Counted from the first letter of the stretch, positions 44,738 to 59,993 are shown. The stretch: DNA of 64,000 nt from Eledone cirrhosa (GCA_964016885.1 OZ024742.1:248496001-248560000), one strand, 5' to 3'. Notes: generated by a model not told the origin, from the sequence alone. Numbers and translations are program-made.

Positions 44738-46887
44738 TATATATATATATAAATTTATATGCATATATATATATGTGTATTTATGTACGTATGTATGTGT
44801 GTATGCATCAATCTATAGATATAAGTATGTGTGCATATATATGTTTGTGTTTGTGTGTGCCAGTTTATCCGCAAATCTGAGTATGTAAGGACAAATGTGT
44901 GTGACTATAGAGTGTTCAACTGACTGCACAACGCATCAAGTCAATGCATTTTGATGGAAGGGTGAATACTTATTCATCAGATGCGTTGAGAGTTATTTTA
45001 GAAACATATAAATACAAGAACACAAGAACCGTTGTAAATACCAATGGAATTATATTTATGTTACAGAGAAAGATATTTCTGCCACGAGATACACACATCG
45101 CTAAATGATACTGGAGACTGTTGACGTATATTGAACCCAATGAAAAACTTTTTTTCCTGTTATTTCCACCTGGAAACATATCAACTAAATTCTCATCAAC
45201 CTGTTCTGTCTTATAGAATCTTCATAAAAACCACTGTGATATATTCTTTGTGGAGCGGTCTCTTTGGAAATGATCAGATAAATACTCCTTAGATCCAAAT
45301 GCACTACTTTATATATAGATTTACGCACAATATCAGCATATTTGGTCGAAGCACAGAATGTATCATATGACTCCCAGTATTGAATGGTACTTTATTTTAT
45401 CTATGACAAAATGATGAAAGGCTAACTTGAATACCGCAATGAAATTTCTCCGACACCACAAAATCCGCCTATACTGCTGTCTCATAAAGTAGGTGTTCTG
45501 GAATAGTTTTTATGGTTTTTCCTTCAAAAGGTTGCAAATAATTGTTTTCGAATCAAACCGTGATATCTCATATAAAGCTTTGAGTACGTCTGCTTATAGG
45601 ACGACCACAGGCAAGAAATATCAGTCTAAGTTCTCTCAAATGAGTCTAAAATCTCTTATGAAGTTACATATAATTTGACAAAAGGTTTGTCTAGTCTGCT
45701 TAGCCTGCAAGAAATAGCAGTATTGTTTAGTTAATAGTGTAATTGAGAAACTGATAGCTACATTACCTAGAATAGAATAGAAACAAATTAGAATAAAGGA
45801 ACAAGTTTGTAAATATGTAAATTAAATACACACACACAAGCACATACGCACGCGCACACACATACCCCCCCCCCCCCACATATATATATATATATTTATA
45901 TATACACCGTTTGTAGTTGTCAGGCTTAGCTTTCCAAACAAGAGGACGATTATGCTAAATGTTCTGTCCTGAATGAGTGATCCCACCTACTTTAAGATTG
46001 TGAGTCATTGCATATTTGGTGCTTGCCAAGATATTGGTACATTTAACCGATAATCTTTATGTATGTGTTCTGTTCTTATACGATAGGAACTAATTTATAT
46101 AGAATATCCAACAAACTTCGTTTTCCACATTCTGTGACATACGCACTTATCGTACCTTACAGATGTTTCCCACGACTGAGGTTATGACATTTCACTCGGT
46201 GTTAATGACACTCATATTATTTCTAGCCTGTCATATTGATACATAGGTCATGTCTATGTTGAGAACAACCATTGTCCCAATATCGATTTGTACTTGTTCT
46301 GCCTTTTCCGATAACCAAACATATTTCGTATTTTTCAAAGAATTAATACATCTTCAAATGTTTGTTATATGTATTTATTTCATTTTATTGCTATCTTTTT
46401 TGGCTCTTTACATCATCCGATACACGCACAGCATGAATATCAATAGGTTCGTGAAATATTCGGAGATTTCTCTTCCAAGTTCTTCAATATAACAGTGATT
46501 CCATTACGCAAAGAGAATATAAGCTTCACTGAACCGTCAAACTGGGAATATTTATACCTAAAGGAATTAACAAGAGAAATGGAAGCTTTCACGCTTCGCT
46601 AACAACGAACACTAGTAAAGGGGGTTTCCAATATATTTCATTTAGGTATAACCTGTTATTTTTGTGTAAGGAACCAAGAGAAAGCGGCATCAAGAGAACA
46701 GCTTGAGAAAAGGAGACATGTTTATTTTATTCACTAAATTCTTCTCTTGTTTTCTCTTTTTTTTATATATTTTGTTCTTACTCTCTCTCTTTCTCTTTTT
46801 CTCTTTACTCTATATATTTATCTATGTACATGTGTATACATACATACACATACATATAAGTGTGTGTAAGTGTGAGTGCATACACAC

Positions 46888-46994
<107 letters not shown>

Positions 46995-47067
46995 CATTGT
47001 ATATATATATATATATGTATGTATATATATGTATATATATATGTATATATTTGTATGTGTACATATG

Positions 47068-47132
<65 letters not shown>

Positions 47133-47314
47133 ATATATATGTATATATATAGGAATGTATATATATGTATATATATACTTATTTATTTATATCAATATTT
47201 ATATAATTCTGATTACTTTTAATGAAAATATATTGTTCTATTTATGAATCAGTTATCAATTTTCAATATGGCGGCTATTGTTCCGTGACATAACTGTACA
47301 AGCCAGTTAAATTT

Positions 47315-47577
47315 CCATCCCCATAGGTGTACAGTCCAGCGATATCTATCTCCATAAATATGGAACCCAGCAACGTATACCTATTTCCATGTATAGTCAA
47401 TCGATATATCTATATTCCTAGCTATATAGCCCAGTAATATTTATACCTCTATAGTTGTAGATCCCATCAATATAACGATCTACCTAACTGTACAGTCTAG
47501 GGATATCCAACTCCAAAAGTGTGCAGTCCAGGGAGATTCAACTGCATAGCTGCAGACTAATGATATATCTATCTCCT
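47315..47577. repeat. Degenerate ~30-bp minisatellite
   Basis: Recurrent TATCTATCTCCATAG.TGTACAGTCCAG.GA-like units. Confidence 0.65.
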
Positions 47578-47610
47578 TATTTATCTGAGCTATTCATATT
47601 TCTTCACGTG

Positions 47611-47660
<50 letters not shown>

Positions 47661-47715
47661 TTATATATATTTTCACATGAGTGTGAGTGTGTATGTGTGT
47701 GTGTGTATGTGTGTG

Positions 47716-47773
<58 letters not shown>

Positions 47774-48095
47774 GATGCGAGCGCGTGTGTGTCGTCTGTA
47801 GGTCTCGTATTCATCGTTGTTGTGAGTATAAACAATAGCCACTTACACTAGGTCGTTATATTCATTGTGTCACACTTTCTTAACTTTGTGTTTACTCTGG
47901 ATGAAGATGTATTAACTTTTCACTTCATTGAATGCTTTGTGACAATTCGATTGGTATCTGCTCTACTGCGGCCATCACGTCGATATATGCATATGATTAT
48001 TATTAATATATATACATATATATATATAAATATATATATATAAAAATATATATATATACATACATATATACATACATATATATACATATACTATA

Positions 48096-48142
<47 letters not shown>

Positions 48143-48143
48143 A

Positions 48144-48216
<73 letters not shown>

Positions 48217-48314
48217 GTGTAGAGGTTATATTTAATGTGTTGGGATTCAACAAGCTTAAACATTTTTTGTAAGTGATATAAAGCACTGAACGTGTTAGTG
48301 GAGTAAATACACAA

Positions 48315-48648
48315 TATATTAATAAATGGAAACTATATTTATAAAAACATAATTATTTTATTATATATATTTCAAGGGCAACCAAGGTAAATTATGGTGC
48401 GCATTCATCAGATAAAATACAGATTTGTTTTATAAATAAATATTGACATACCCGGAAATAAGACAACCTCAACGGTTGAAATTCGCTGGATAGTCAATAT
48501 TGAAATTCGGCGGGTATGTCAATATTTATTTATAAAACAAATCTGTATTTTATCTGATGAAAGCACACCATAATTTACCTTGGTCGCACTTGAAATATAT
48601 ATAAAATAATTGTGATTATATAATTATAGTTTCCATCTATTAATATAT
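48315..48648. repeat. Fold-back element with a hammerhead in each arm
   Basis: Arms at about 48315-48453 and 48511-48648 with a rearranged spacer. Confidence 0.85.
48354..48419 (-). ncRNA. Type I hammerhead ribozyme motif
   Basis: TATTTTAT-CTGATGA-stem II-GAAA-TATATA-TA-ATAAAATA; the mirror copy at 48546-48608(+) has a 3-nt deletion in stem III. Confidence 0.78.
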
Positions 48649-48831
48649 TTTATATATATATATAAATGGAAAAAAATGAAACGAAATACTTAAAAGCATT
48701 AGAAATGGTCAACCGGTAAAAACGTATAACTAAAACTGAATACTAACCAATACTTATTACTAATTTATACTTATTCCTAATTAAACTAGTTTTGACTGGG
48801 AAAAATTTGTCAGCATTTCCTTTTCCTTTTA

Positions 48832-48875
<44 letters not shown>

Positions 48876-48876
<1 letters not shown>

Positions 48877-49650
48877 TAATAAGTGTATAAGGGTACGTAT
48901 TGCTAATAAGTGTTTTTATGGACCAAGTACCTCTATAAAAGCACTTCTTAGCAATACATACCCTTTTCAAAGACCTCCCTGTATAGATAAGAAATGTATA
49001 TTCTGTAAACTAAGCCCCCATATTACCTGTAAAACTAGAAATGTAGTATATAGCATAAGATGTACTGAAGGACAATATAGAGATAAGAATATGGTGTACA
49101 TAGGTGAGACAGCTCGTAGTATAGGAGAACGGAAAAAATGAATACTGGCGAGAGCTTCAAGATAGTAAAGAATCATCTGTACTCCAACATACTAAAATAG
49201 AACATAAGGGTAAATTAGAGAACATAGAAATAAAAATAGAATCTACACACGGAAAAGACGCAATGTTTAGACAAATCACAGATGCAATAAATATCAATGA
49301 ACTCCAACTAAAATTAAATAGAAAAGATGAATGGAATAGCAACATCACAACTTACAATTAAGGACAAAATGAAAACACCCACACATATAGAACAAACAAC
49401 CAACTCGTAACATGTAAATAAACAAATAAATAAACAAATATAAACACACACAGACACCGGGATGTGACAAATGCGCAAACTAAGCACACAACACACACAA
49501 ACACAAGATGGCGTAGGACAGAACAAAGGAGAGGCACAAAAAGAAAGAAAAGAATCCCCAGTCACTGAAGAGGTCACATAATTTGTGACGAAAGAACTTT
49601 GACAATATATGAACAATCGTCTGATTGTGGAACTAACCAACCAACCAACC
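48876..49650 (+). mobile_element. Penelope-like element 3' part (GIY-YIG, Neptune-like)
   Basis: PCIDKKCIFCK..CKTRNVVYSIRC..VYIGETARSIGER, frameshift, ..H..EH..RQITDAINI..LNRKDEW; hammerhead downstream. Confidence 0.85.
49561..49603 (+). ncRNA. Minimal hammerhead ribozyme motif
   Basis: GTCA-CTGAAGA-G GTCACA TAATT TGTGAC-GAAA-GAAC-TT-TGAC. Confidence 0.75.
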
Positions 49651-49951
49651 GGAAATTTTTAAATTCTTAAATTTATAAATGTAATTCATAATAAATTGGA
49701 TTGAAAGCAACTGGTGCGTGTGTTTCTTATTGGCAATTTGACCCTCCCAAAGCATAACAATATCGGTTTCAACATACGTTTTCAGATAAAGAATCTTGCT
49801 AAACAAATTCAGAAACGATATATATATATATACATACATTGAAGCGAATAACTATGTGTATACTCTGGGAATGTATCCTACATTACCTATTGGCTACGCT
49901 GAGATACAACCGGTCTTGGCATTGATAATCATGCTGGGCCCATCAACTCCC

Positions 49952-50939
<988 letters not shown>

Positions 50940-51139
50940 AGTATGTATGTATACGTACATACATAAATGTAAGTATGTATGTATACAGACGTACATGCAC
51001 ACATATATATATGCATGTATCGGTTTACCGAACATTTATTATAATGCGCGGTTTATTATAAATCGGGCTGTTTGTAAACAAACAAACAGCCCGATTTACT
51101 CAAAATATAAATGAGAAATATTCTCATACCCAAAATATA

Positions 51140-51202
51140 TATTTTATTAGACATATTTCAAAGGTTCAATGGTGTTTCAGTACGTTTTCATCAGATGAAA
51201 TA
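51140..51202 (-). ncRNA. Degenerate hammerhead motif (same stem I family as 5332 and 48354)
   Basis: TATTTCAT-CTGATGA-...-GAAA-TATGTC-TA-ATAAAATA. Confidence 0.55.
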
Positions 51203-52103
51203 TATGAGAGATTGGATATGCCATATACCGCCAAAGTTTTGATTATTCAATTCCTGTAGTGGTAGTATGTATATATACATACATACTTATATATATATAT
51301 TTAAGAAGAACTTTTAAATATTATAGAGAAGAACTTTTAAATATTATAAACATAATTAATATACACTTTAGAAATTATTATAATAACACTTTTTTAAAAT
51401 TAGTTAACCTATAATGAATATTCTACTACTAATGAACTGCATAATTTTATTTCCCTTTTACAGCTATCTTTTCCTAAAATTTATACCATTAAGTATACAT
51501 ATAAACTATTTTAATTTCAGGTTATGATTCTATGTTCCTTATAATCTATATAAATTTTTTATTTCTCACTAATAAATTCCCCCCCACCCCAATAATAATT
51601 ATTATTATTTTTTTATTCTCAATTTTTATTTATTTATTTCTTTTATTTTCCCTTCCTTTTTAACAACACTCTTCAATTACATCTAACTCTTCTTTATCAT
51701 ATCTATATGAATTAATATACATTTATCAATATAAATATACCTATCAATTTAATTAATTCATTTTCTTATTATATATGTAAATTCCCTATATTTTAAATAA
51801 GATTGATATTTTTCACTAACACATTTATCGTAAAATGTTATTCTCCTTAGATATTTACTTTGGCATTATTCTTTTATAACATCAATTTTTCGTGTACCTT
51901 TTACCGACTTGACCTATTTTCATTCATCATACTCTTTCCATTCAAAACTGAAATCTGCCTTCCTCTAGCCCTAAATTAAAGTTCTATTACTACTATTCTA
52001 CCATCTTGACCATTTACTACCTTTCTATTGGTCAATTCAAAACCTGTTCCCAAACAGACCTATTATATTAAATCTTTGTTGTTTTTTTTTCAATAAACAA
52101 ATA

Positions 52104-52244
52104 TCATTATTTCTGAAGACAGCATATATATATGTGTAGGTATGTATATTCCCTCTGATAGTTTCTAAACATTTTTACATAGATCTATATGATATACATA
52201 CCAATACAAACATATATATCCTAGAAACGATCGTAAAATGATGA
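52104..52244 (+). ncRNA. Hammerhead motif with 104-nt stem II
   Basis: TCATTATTT-CTGAAGA-[long hairpin GGTATGTATAT/ATATACATACC]-GAAA-CGATCG-TA-AAATGATGA. Confidence 0.78.
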
Positions 52245-52295
52245 ATTTTTTAATATAAGGAACTGTTTCTTTGTTTTTATTCATACATTTTATTA

Positions 52296-52341
<46 letters not shown>

Positions 52342-52805
52342 TGGCTGCCCCCTCGCTAGGCAACCACTTCTCTTGTCATCTAGTAGTTAATGCCACATGT
52401 GGGAGACCGGCATGTAACTGAATATTTAGTATTATGGTCGATTCCTGGAAATCCCTCATAGAAATGCTGACATTCATAGAAATACCTTTGCATAGAAATT
52501 CCCTTGACCGGATTTAGCTGGTTATTGATATATTAATAATGGATAACCAGCGATTTCTCCACGGTATTTTGTACTGGGGCGTGTTTTCATATAGTAATCT
52601 CTCAATACAATAATTACACTTATTTTGTTACTTAGATTTCTACCCGGGAATGTTGTATTGCAACTAATCCAATGCATGTGCCCGGAAGGAATTTGTTGAG
52701 CGAAATACTGTAAACAACGAGATCGAAATCGCTGGATATACATATATATATATATGCGTGTGTGTGTATATTGGTGTGGGTGTGTGGGTGTGGGTGTGTG
52801 GGTGT

Positions 52806-52899
<94 letters not shown>

Positions 52900-53157
52900 C
52901 GCGCGTGTATATGTGTATGTGTGACAGATTTAGAGTTCATCACTTTTGAAATGTAAAATGAGTCTGAAATTCGTATTCATTTAAGATTTAGATTTGTAGA
53001 TATGTTGATAGATAATGAGGTGTTATAACCTCAAGACATTAGATTATCACAACAAAATCTAGTGGAGAATGAGAATACTGAAAAAATATATAGATAACAA
53101 TAATAACAAGGACAAAATCAACAACTACAACAACACGTATAACAACAACAACAATAA

Positions 53158-53378
53158 TAATTGTTTCTTGTATAGGCACAAGGCCAGCAATTTTGGGGCA
53201 GCGGAAAATCGATTAAATCGACCACCAGTGCTTGACTGGTACTTTATTTTATCGACCCCGTAAGGATGAAAGGCAAAGTTAACCTCGGCGGGATTTGAAC
53301 TCAGACCATAAAGGGCCGTAACTCTTTCCTGTAAAGCATGGCGTCCGGCTCTCTACCGATACTGCCAATCCACCGCCG
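53158..53378 (-). mobile_element. SINE (long-body variant)
   Basis: Reverse complement of the SINE consensus; lies next to the (ATT)n tail of the adjacent Tx1 fragment. Confidence 0.85.
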
Positions 53379-53384
53379 TTGATA

Positions 53385-54330
53385 ATAACAATAATAATAA
53401 TACTGTTTTCGTTAATTGGCCACAGGGGCCGACAGGTAGGGGCAATACAAGACACGAACGAAAAGTGGGGGTTTACAATAAGCTCGACTAAAAGTGCATA
53501 ATAGCAAAACCAATTTAACAATGAAAATATAAAATAAACTAAGCATAAACATCACAAAATTAATTCCTCAATAGGGTGTGGACGACCCAGGGGCGACTCA
53601 GGTACCCCATCAATCCTGAACCACCCGTCGCTTATAAGGCACCGGGGAGGGCACCCATCTCCTCCTCAAATTAACCAGCGTACAGGCGCGTGGTCAGAGT
53701 CGGCCCACTCACATGGGCCATTCTTGCTACATTCATCCACCATTTAGCAAATGTACTGCGGGGCAGCACTTCTCTCTCCACTCGCATCGTCCTTTCCATG
53801 TGAAATTAGAAGAAGTTGCTAAGGGATTGGTCGAAGAGAAAGGTGTCTGTCTTCAGTCCTTTCAGCCTCGTCCACCATAAAAACTCTTTCACAACTGCCA
53901 CCAGACAGAGGAAAATTGCCTGCCCTTCCTGAGAAAAAGATGTCGGTGGGTCGATCTTCACTATGGACTCGGCGAATAGCTTGATCCGTTCTACAAGCGA
54001 CAGCAGCTGTTCAACATAAATCCACAACTCAGTAATACACAGACATTGGAGGAGTGTGTGCAGAACAGTTTCGTCGTATTGCGCGCATCTCGGGCAGGTC
54101 CGTCTGACAGCACTTCCGTGCCCGTAGAGTTTATCTCGAACCGGCATTCCCTCCCGGTAGCTTTGCCAAGCGAGGGATTTCTGGAAGTTATCCATAGTTC
54201 CCGGCTCAAAACGCCTCCGGATCGACGCTGAGCGTGGTCGTACTTGCCCATCATAAACCTTCTATAGAAGTCTAGAGCAATTTCCCTCTGCTCGTGGTCG
54301 TAGCGAAAGCGGTTGTGTGGTTGACCAGGT
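53385..54330 (-). mobile_element. Tx1/L1-like LINE 3' fragment
   Basis: zf-RVT-like CPRC..ETVLHTLLQC and KEFLWWTRLKGLKT; ends in an (ATT)n tail. Confidence 0.8.
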
Positions 54331-54790
54331 TGAAAGGACTGAAGACTGGCATTTTTTCTTCGACCAATCACTGAAGACAGACACTTTTCTCTCCGGCTAA
54401 TTCCTCATCAAATGTCATTGGGAGAGGAAGGTGAGGGTGGATAGATGAGGTTCTGCCCCCTAGTATATTTACTAAACGGTGGATGAATGTGGCGAGAGTG
54501 GTCCGTGGGAATTGGCCTACCCTGAGTATGCGCCTATAGGATGAGGGGATGCCTTTCCGAGGTGCCGTCGAAACATCTGGTGGTTCAGGACTGGTGAGGT
54601 ACCTGCGTCGCATTTGAGTGGTTATCCCCGGTTTTGGGGAATATTCCTTGCATTTTTCTAGTCTATTGTTATTGTTTTAATATTGTTTAATCGATGACTT
54701 TTGTAAAACTCATACTGCCCCTGTCTTTTGTATAACCTCTATATGTTGGCCCTTGTGGTCAATAAATGAATCGATTGTTATTATTATTAC
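54331..54790 (+). mobile_element. Tx1/L1-like LINE 3' fragment, opposite orientation
   Basis: LKTDTFL..FTKRWMNVARVVRGNWPTLSMRL*; ends in AATAAA and (ATT)n. Confidence 0.7.
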
Positions 54791-55455
54791 TAAATTATTT
54801 CTTTTTGCGATATCATCTCCGTATCCCACCACCGCTTCCGCTAATAGAACAACAACAACAACTCACAACAATAATTATACTATTCATAATAGTGATAGAA
54901 ATAATGCCTATGATTTAGGATGTGAATGCATTTTTGAGGCAAAAGTACTCCTCCAATAAATCCTACAAAATGTATAAAGTGAGAGCTCGCTAATATATAT
55001 ATATTTGATTATCTAATCAAATGTTGATAGCTCTGTGTTTTTTTTCTGTTTCATATTTCCCCCTCCGAAATTCGATTAATATTCGTCATAAATTAGATGT
55101 GGACAGCATTGTGTGCTGTAGTACTTCACAATTACAACAACAACGACGTAGCATATCGTACACTTTTATCCTTTTTGTTGTTGCGTGTACACAACTCATT
55201 TTCTTGGAGTGCATGAGTGAGTGAGTTTGTTTGTATGTGTGGTATATGCGTTTTACAGGAGCATGCATTTGTATGTGTGTCTGTGAGTGTATAATGCATA
55301 GCATTCAAGTGCAGTGAGTGTGTGGATGAGATAGTTTGTATATCAGTATGTGTGTGTTGGTTTCAAATTGGAGAATGATTTGTATCTTATTTTGTTTTAT
55401 ATTTTGTTGTGTACAGTGAATATAATTCTTGTTCCGAGAGTGAGAGTGTGAATGT

Positions 55456-55515
<60 letters not shown>

Positions 55516-56169
55516 CGTGTGTGTGTGTGTGTGTAAATGTCTGGGTATTTAGGAAGATTGTGGTTACCTTTTGTTTGTTTTACTTCTGGTGTGTGTAAAG
55601 TATGTGTTGTATTACCTCAAATACCAGAGGCTGCCTTGCATAACTTAAGAAATAGTTGCTATTGTTTTGAGGGTGATTTTGTTGCTGTGCTGTATAATGT
55701 AAGGTTTCTCTGCCATAAGAAATAAACAATTTTTTAGAAGTGAGCTTCATTACTAATTCAATTTTCAGCAAATAATATAATTTCAAAAGATTCACCTAGC
55801 ATTTTATTGCTTTTTATAAATATTTTGTTATGTTTACCTTTAATCTTTACCGTTAAAATCAGAATATAATAAAATAATATTCAGAGAAACAAAGAAATGC
55901 TAGTTGTAATGAGGAAGCCAGAGAGAGGAAAAGAGGAAATGCGAATACTTTCATTGATGGCTTCAGATAATTTTGAGAATTATTTTCATCAAAGCCTGCA
56001 TCAAGCATTATTATTAGACAGAGAACTGGTGAAAGGTCAAGACATATGACCGTCGGTATGGCACTATGACCTATTCTCGTCTGAAACTAACTCCCATCGA
56101 GTTTAACTTTATCTTTCATCATTCTAGAGTCGTTAAATAAACGAGCAGCATTAATATTGACTAAACTCT

Positions 56170-56570
56170 GTCTCCAAATATCAAACGCCCAGTCAAGTTT
56201 TAAAATTGACAAAGCTCCAAATGTCAAACGACCAATTAAGCATTGAAATTGACACAGACCTACCACCAAACGTCAAGCCACCAATCATGTATTGGGATTG
56301 ACTAACTACCCCTCCAGCTCCACGACCAGTCAGGTGCTAAGAATGACAATCCCATCTCTCCACATTTCAGAAAAATATGTTTATTACCGAGAATAGCTAC
56401 TGCAGCTCTTCAAATGGGAAATAATCTGTCGAGTATTGAGAATGCCAACCTCATTCTTCCAGATGTCAAAAGACCATCAAATTCTGAGAATGACTGTCAC
56501 ATCCCTCCAAATATCATAAGCCCAGTCACATACAGCGCGTGATTAATCCCACCGTCCAAATGTCAAGTCT
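56170..56570 (+). repeat. Degenerate ~45-50-bp tandem repeat
   Basis: Recurrent CTCCAAATGTCAA..CCAGTCA..GAGAATGAC units. Confidence 0.6.
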
Positions 56571-56747
56571 TCCATCTATTTTATAAACAGTTTAAAAGGA
56601 TAGATTATATTACTTCTGCCGAGAGATAGCAATCATTACATGGATTTGATACATTTCTGCCGGTTGTCTCTGCTCTCTGTGTTCACATCTTGCCGTTGTT
56701 CTCTGAAGAAATAGAGTGGTCTAACTGGTGGCATTATCATTATGAAA

Positions 56748-56942
56748 GGACGGTGGATTGGCAGTAACGGTAGAGGGTCGGACGCCATGCTTTGACGCAT
56801 GAGTTACAGCCCTCGCCATTCTGATTTCAAATCCCGCCGAGGTTAACTTTGCCTTTCATCCTTACGGTGTCTATAAAATAAAGTACCAGTAATACACTGG
56901 GAAATTGCTGGCCTTGTGCCAAAAGTAGAAACAATTATTATT
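56748..56942 (+). mobile_element. SINE
   Basis: Matches the SINE consensus. Confidence 0.85.
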
Positions 56943-57168
56943 GTGATTTATTGTCCCTCTTTTATGTATCCTGTGTTCGTTAAGGCTCGATGTGACCCTT
57001 TAATCCGTTTAACACCACTGTATTTTTCTTGTATAATATTATCAATGTTTACTCTTCTACAAGCATTCAGGTGATGTTTATAATTTAACAATGATTCCCT
57101 CCTTTCAGGACTTCAGAATCTATTTCTGCTTTTGATGATATTGCCACACTAAAGCAGTTACTTTGCTG

Positions 57169-57262
<94 letters not shown>

Positions 57263-57329
57263 GTATATATATAAGTTGTAATAGAATGAAACGAAATTTC
57301 ATTTCTCACTCTTAGTACGGCACTTACTT

Positions 57330-57386
57330 AAATGTAAGTATGTATGTGTACGTACACACATATATGTATACAGACGTACAGTAGCA

Positions 57387-57424
<38 letters not shown>

Positions 57425-57749
57425 CAGGTACACATATATATAAGTACGTATCAGTTTAGCGGACGTTTATTATAACGCCCGCTTTGTCCGTTTGTAAACA
57501 AACGGACAGCCTGATTTATGTCGTACGGTGTTAAGGCAACCACGTCACCTTTTTGTTCAACACTGACACAAGAACGATGTTACTGTGTCAGTGTTGAACA
57601 AAAAGGTGACGTGGTTGCCTTAACACCGTACGACATAAATCGGACAAAGCGGGCGTTATAATAAACGTCCGCTAAACTGATACGTACATATATATATGTG
57701 TACCTGTATATATATATATATATATACGTATACATACATACTTACATTT
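57330..57749. repeat. Fold-back (MITE-like) inverted repeat
   Basis: Arms mirror about a centre near 57575; related sequence at 50935-51098. Confidence 0.8.
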
Positions 57750-57892
57750 ATATATATATATACATATATATATATATACAGATTTAATCAGTATTAAACT
57801 AGTTACAACATTATGCAATGGACTACTCGATACTTAAACATTTTAGAGTGTGACTAAGTTAGAAAGATCCTTGCCCTGACAGATTCTACCAT

Positions 57893-58004
<112 letters not shown>

Positions 58005-58285
58005 AAAAAATAGTTAGACAGAAAATATCATATAGACATGGCCTAGGCCAATACTGGCGGAAAGTTATCAAAAAGTGAATTTTGCACTAGCTCTGACAGT
58101 TGAAAGGTAAGCAGTATACGGTACTGGTGAAGGTAAAGCACCCGGCAACAATATTGTCTGCAGTTCTGTTTACATCCGAACTCAAGAGCAAGAAAGACGG
58201 TGTCATTCTACTGACATGTGACATGGCCTGAAGACGATGTTTGCATATTTGCAAACGAATCCATTATAATATTCGTAAAGCTCAG

Positions 58286-58430
<145 letters not shown>

Positions 58431-58574
58431 TTACATCGGAGTGCAAGTGAACTCATAAACTAGCCACCTACGTGAATCCCTTGTTGAGTAAAACAACGCT
58501 GTACGCTAAAACTATCCATAAGACGAAGTATTCACAACTTCTAACTGGATTACCTATAACGATATTTTGTTATC

Positions 58575-58871
<297 letters not shown>

Positions 58872-58881
58872 ATATATATAT

Positions 58882-58923
<42 letters not shown>

Positions 58924-58940
58924 CTTCTATATATGTGTGT

Positions 58941-59013
<73 letters not shown>

Positions 59014-59391
59014 CCTGTCGGTGTGTATGCATGTACGTCTCTATAACTCTATGTATTTATAAAACCACAGACGCACAGAGGTGATGACGAAAATATGATG
59101 CATTGATAGTTATATACTAAAGCTAACGTATGTAAATAGTAAGTGAACATGTTTAAACATACAGCATAACCTTTCTTTTTAATTTCTTTGTAGGATTCCG
59201 AAATTTACCTGCATGAAATTTCTACAGAGGACAAAAAATGTGGTACAAGTCTTTGAACGTAAGTTCCCTTTTACGTTGTATTTTATAAAGATGATTCGTA
59301 TGATTTATATGTCAATGTTTTCTTCATATTAAAGATTTAGTTGTCCAAATACAAATTTATATATAAGTATATATATATAGTAATAATAATA

Positions 59392-59444
<53 letters not shown>

Positions 59445-59599
59445 CTCTACGATTCTTATATATTTGATATATATTTATCCTTATCGAGCCCTCTTTGGAT
59501 TTTAGTCTTCAAATTTATTAAGATTCCGTTAATGGAGAAAGCCGCGATTCTTTCCTTAAACTTTAATCTGTTATCTTAATAAATATATATATATATTCT

Positions 59600-59955
59600 A
59601 TTATAGGGCGGGTAAAATTCCCGAGATCCATGGACGAGATCTCTCCAGCGGTCTCTGTCCCTCATTATAGCTGTCATGTCCTGCGTCTCCAACAGACCAG
59701 TGTCTGTACTTAGGGCATCAACATCCGTTAAAGTTGGTCTTCCTCTTCCATTGTGTCCATGTAGGGACTCCCACAGGAGCACTGAGTTCAATGTCAACTC
59801 TGGATGTCCGTGAGCATGTCCAGCCATCCTCAATCTCATCTGAGCTGACTTTGGCAGGCTCCCATACATCTCTGAGTCCTTCATCCTCAGTGTATACTGA
59901 TTAATGTTCAAAGCTATCTTCAGCATTCTCGTGTAGCACCCATCCACCATCTGAG

Positions 59956-59957
<2 letters not shown>
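59600..59957 (-). mobile_element. RTE-like LINE 3' fragment
   Basis: DGCYTRML..MYGSLP..RLRMAGH..LLW..HG..RGRP..DTG..RDRWR; TA-flanked. Confidence 0.8.

Positions 59958-59993
<36 letters not shown>

Noticed and set aside
45920-46560. Possible decayed PLE RT on the minus strand
   Set aside because: Only a vague motif resemblance.
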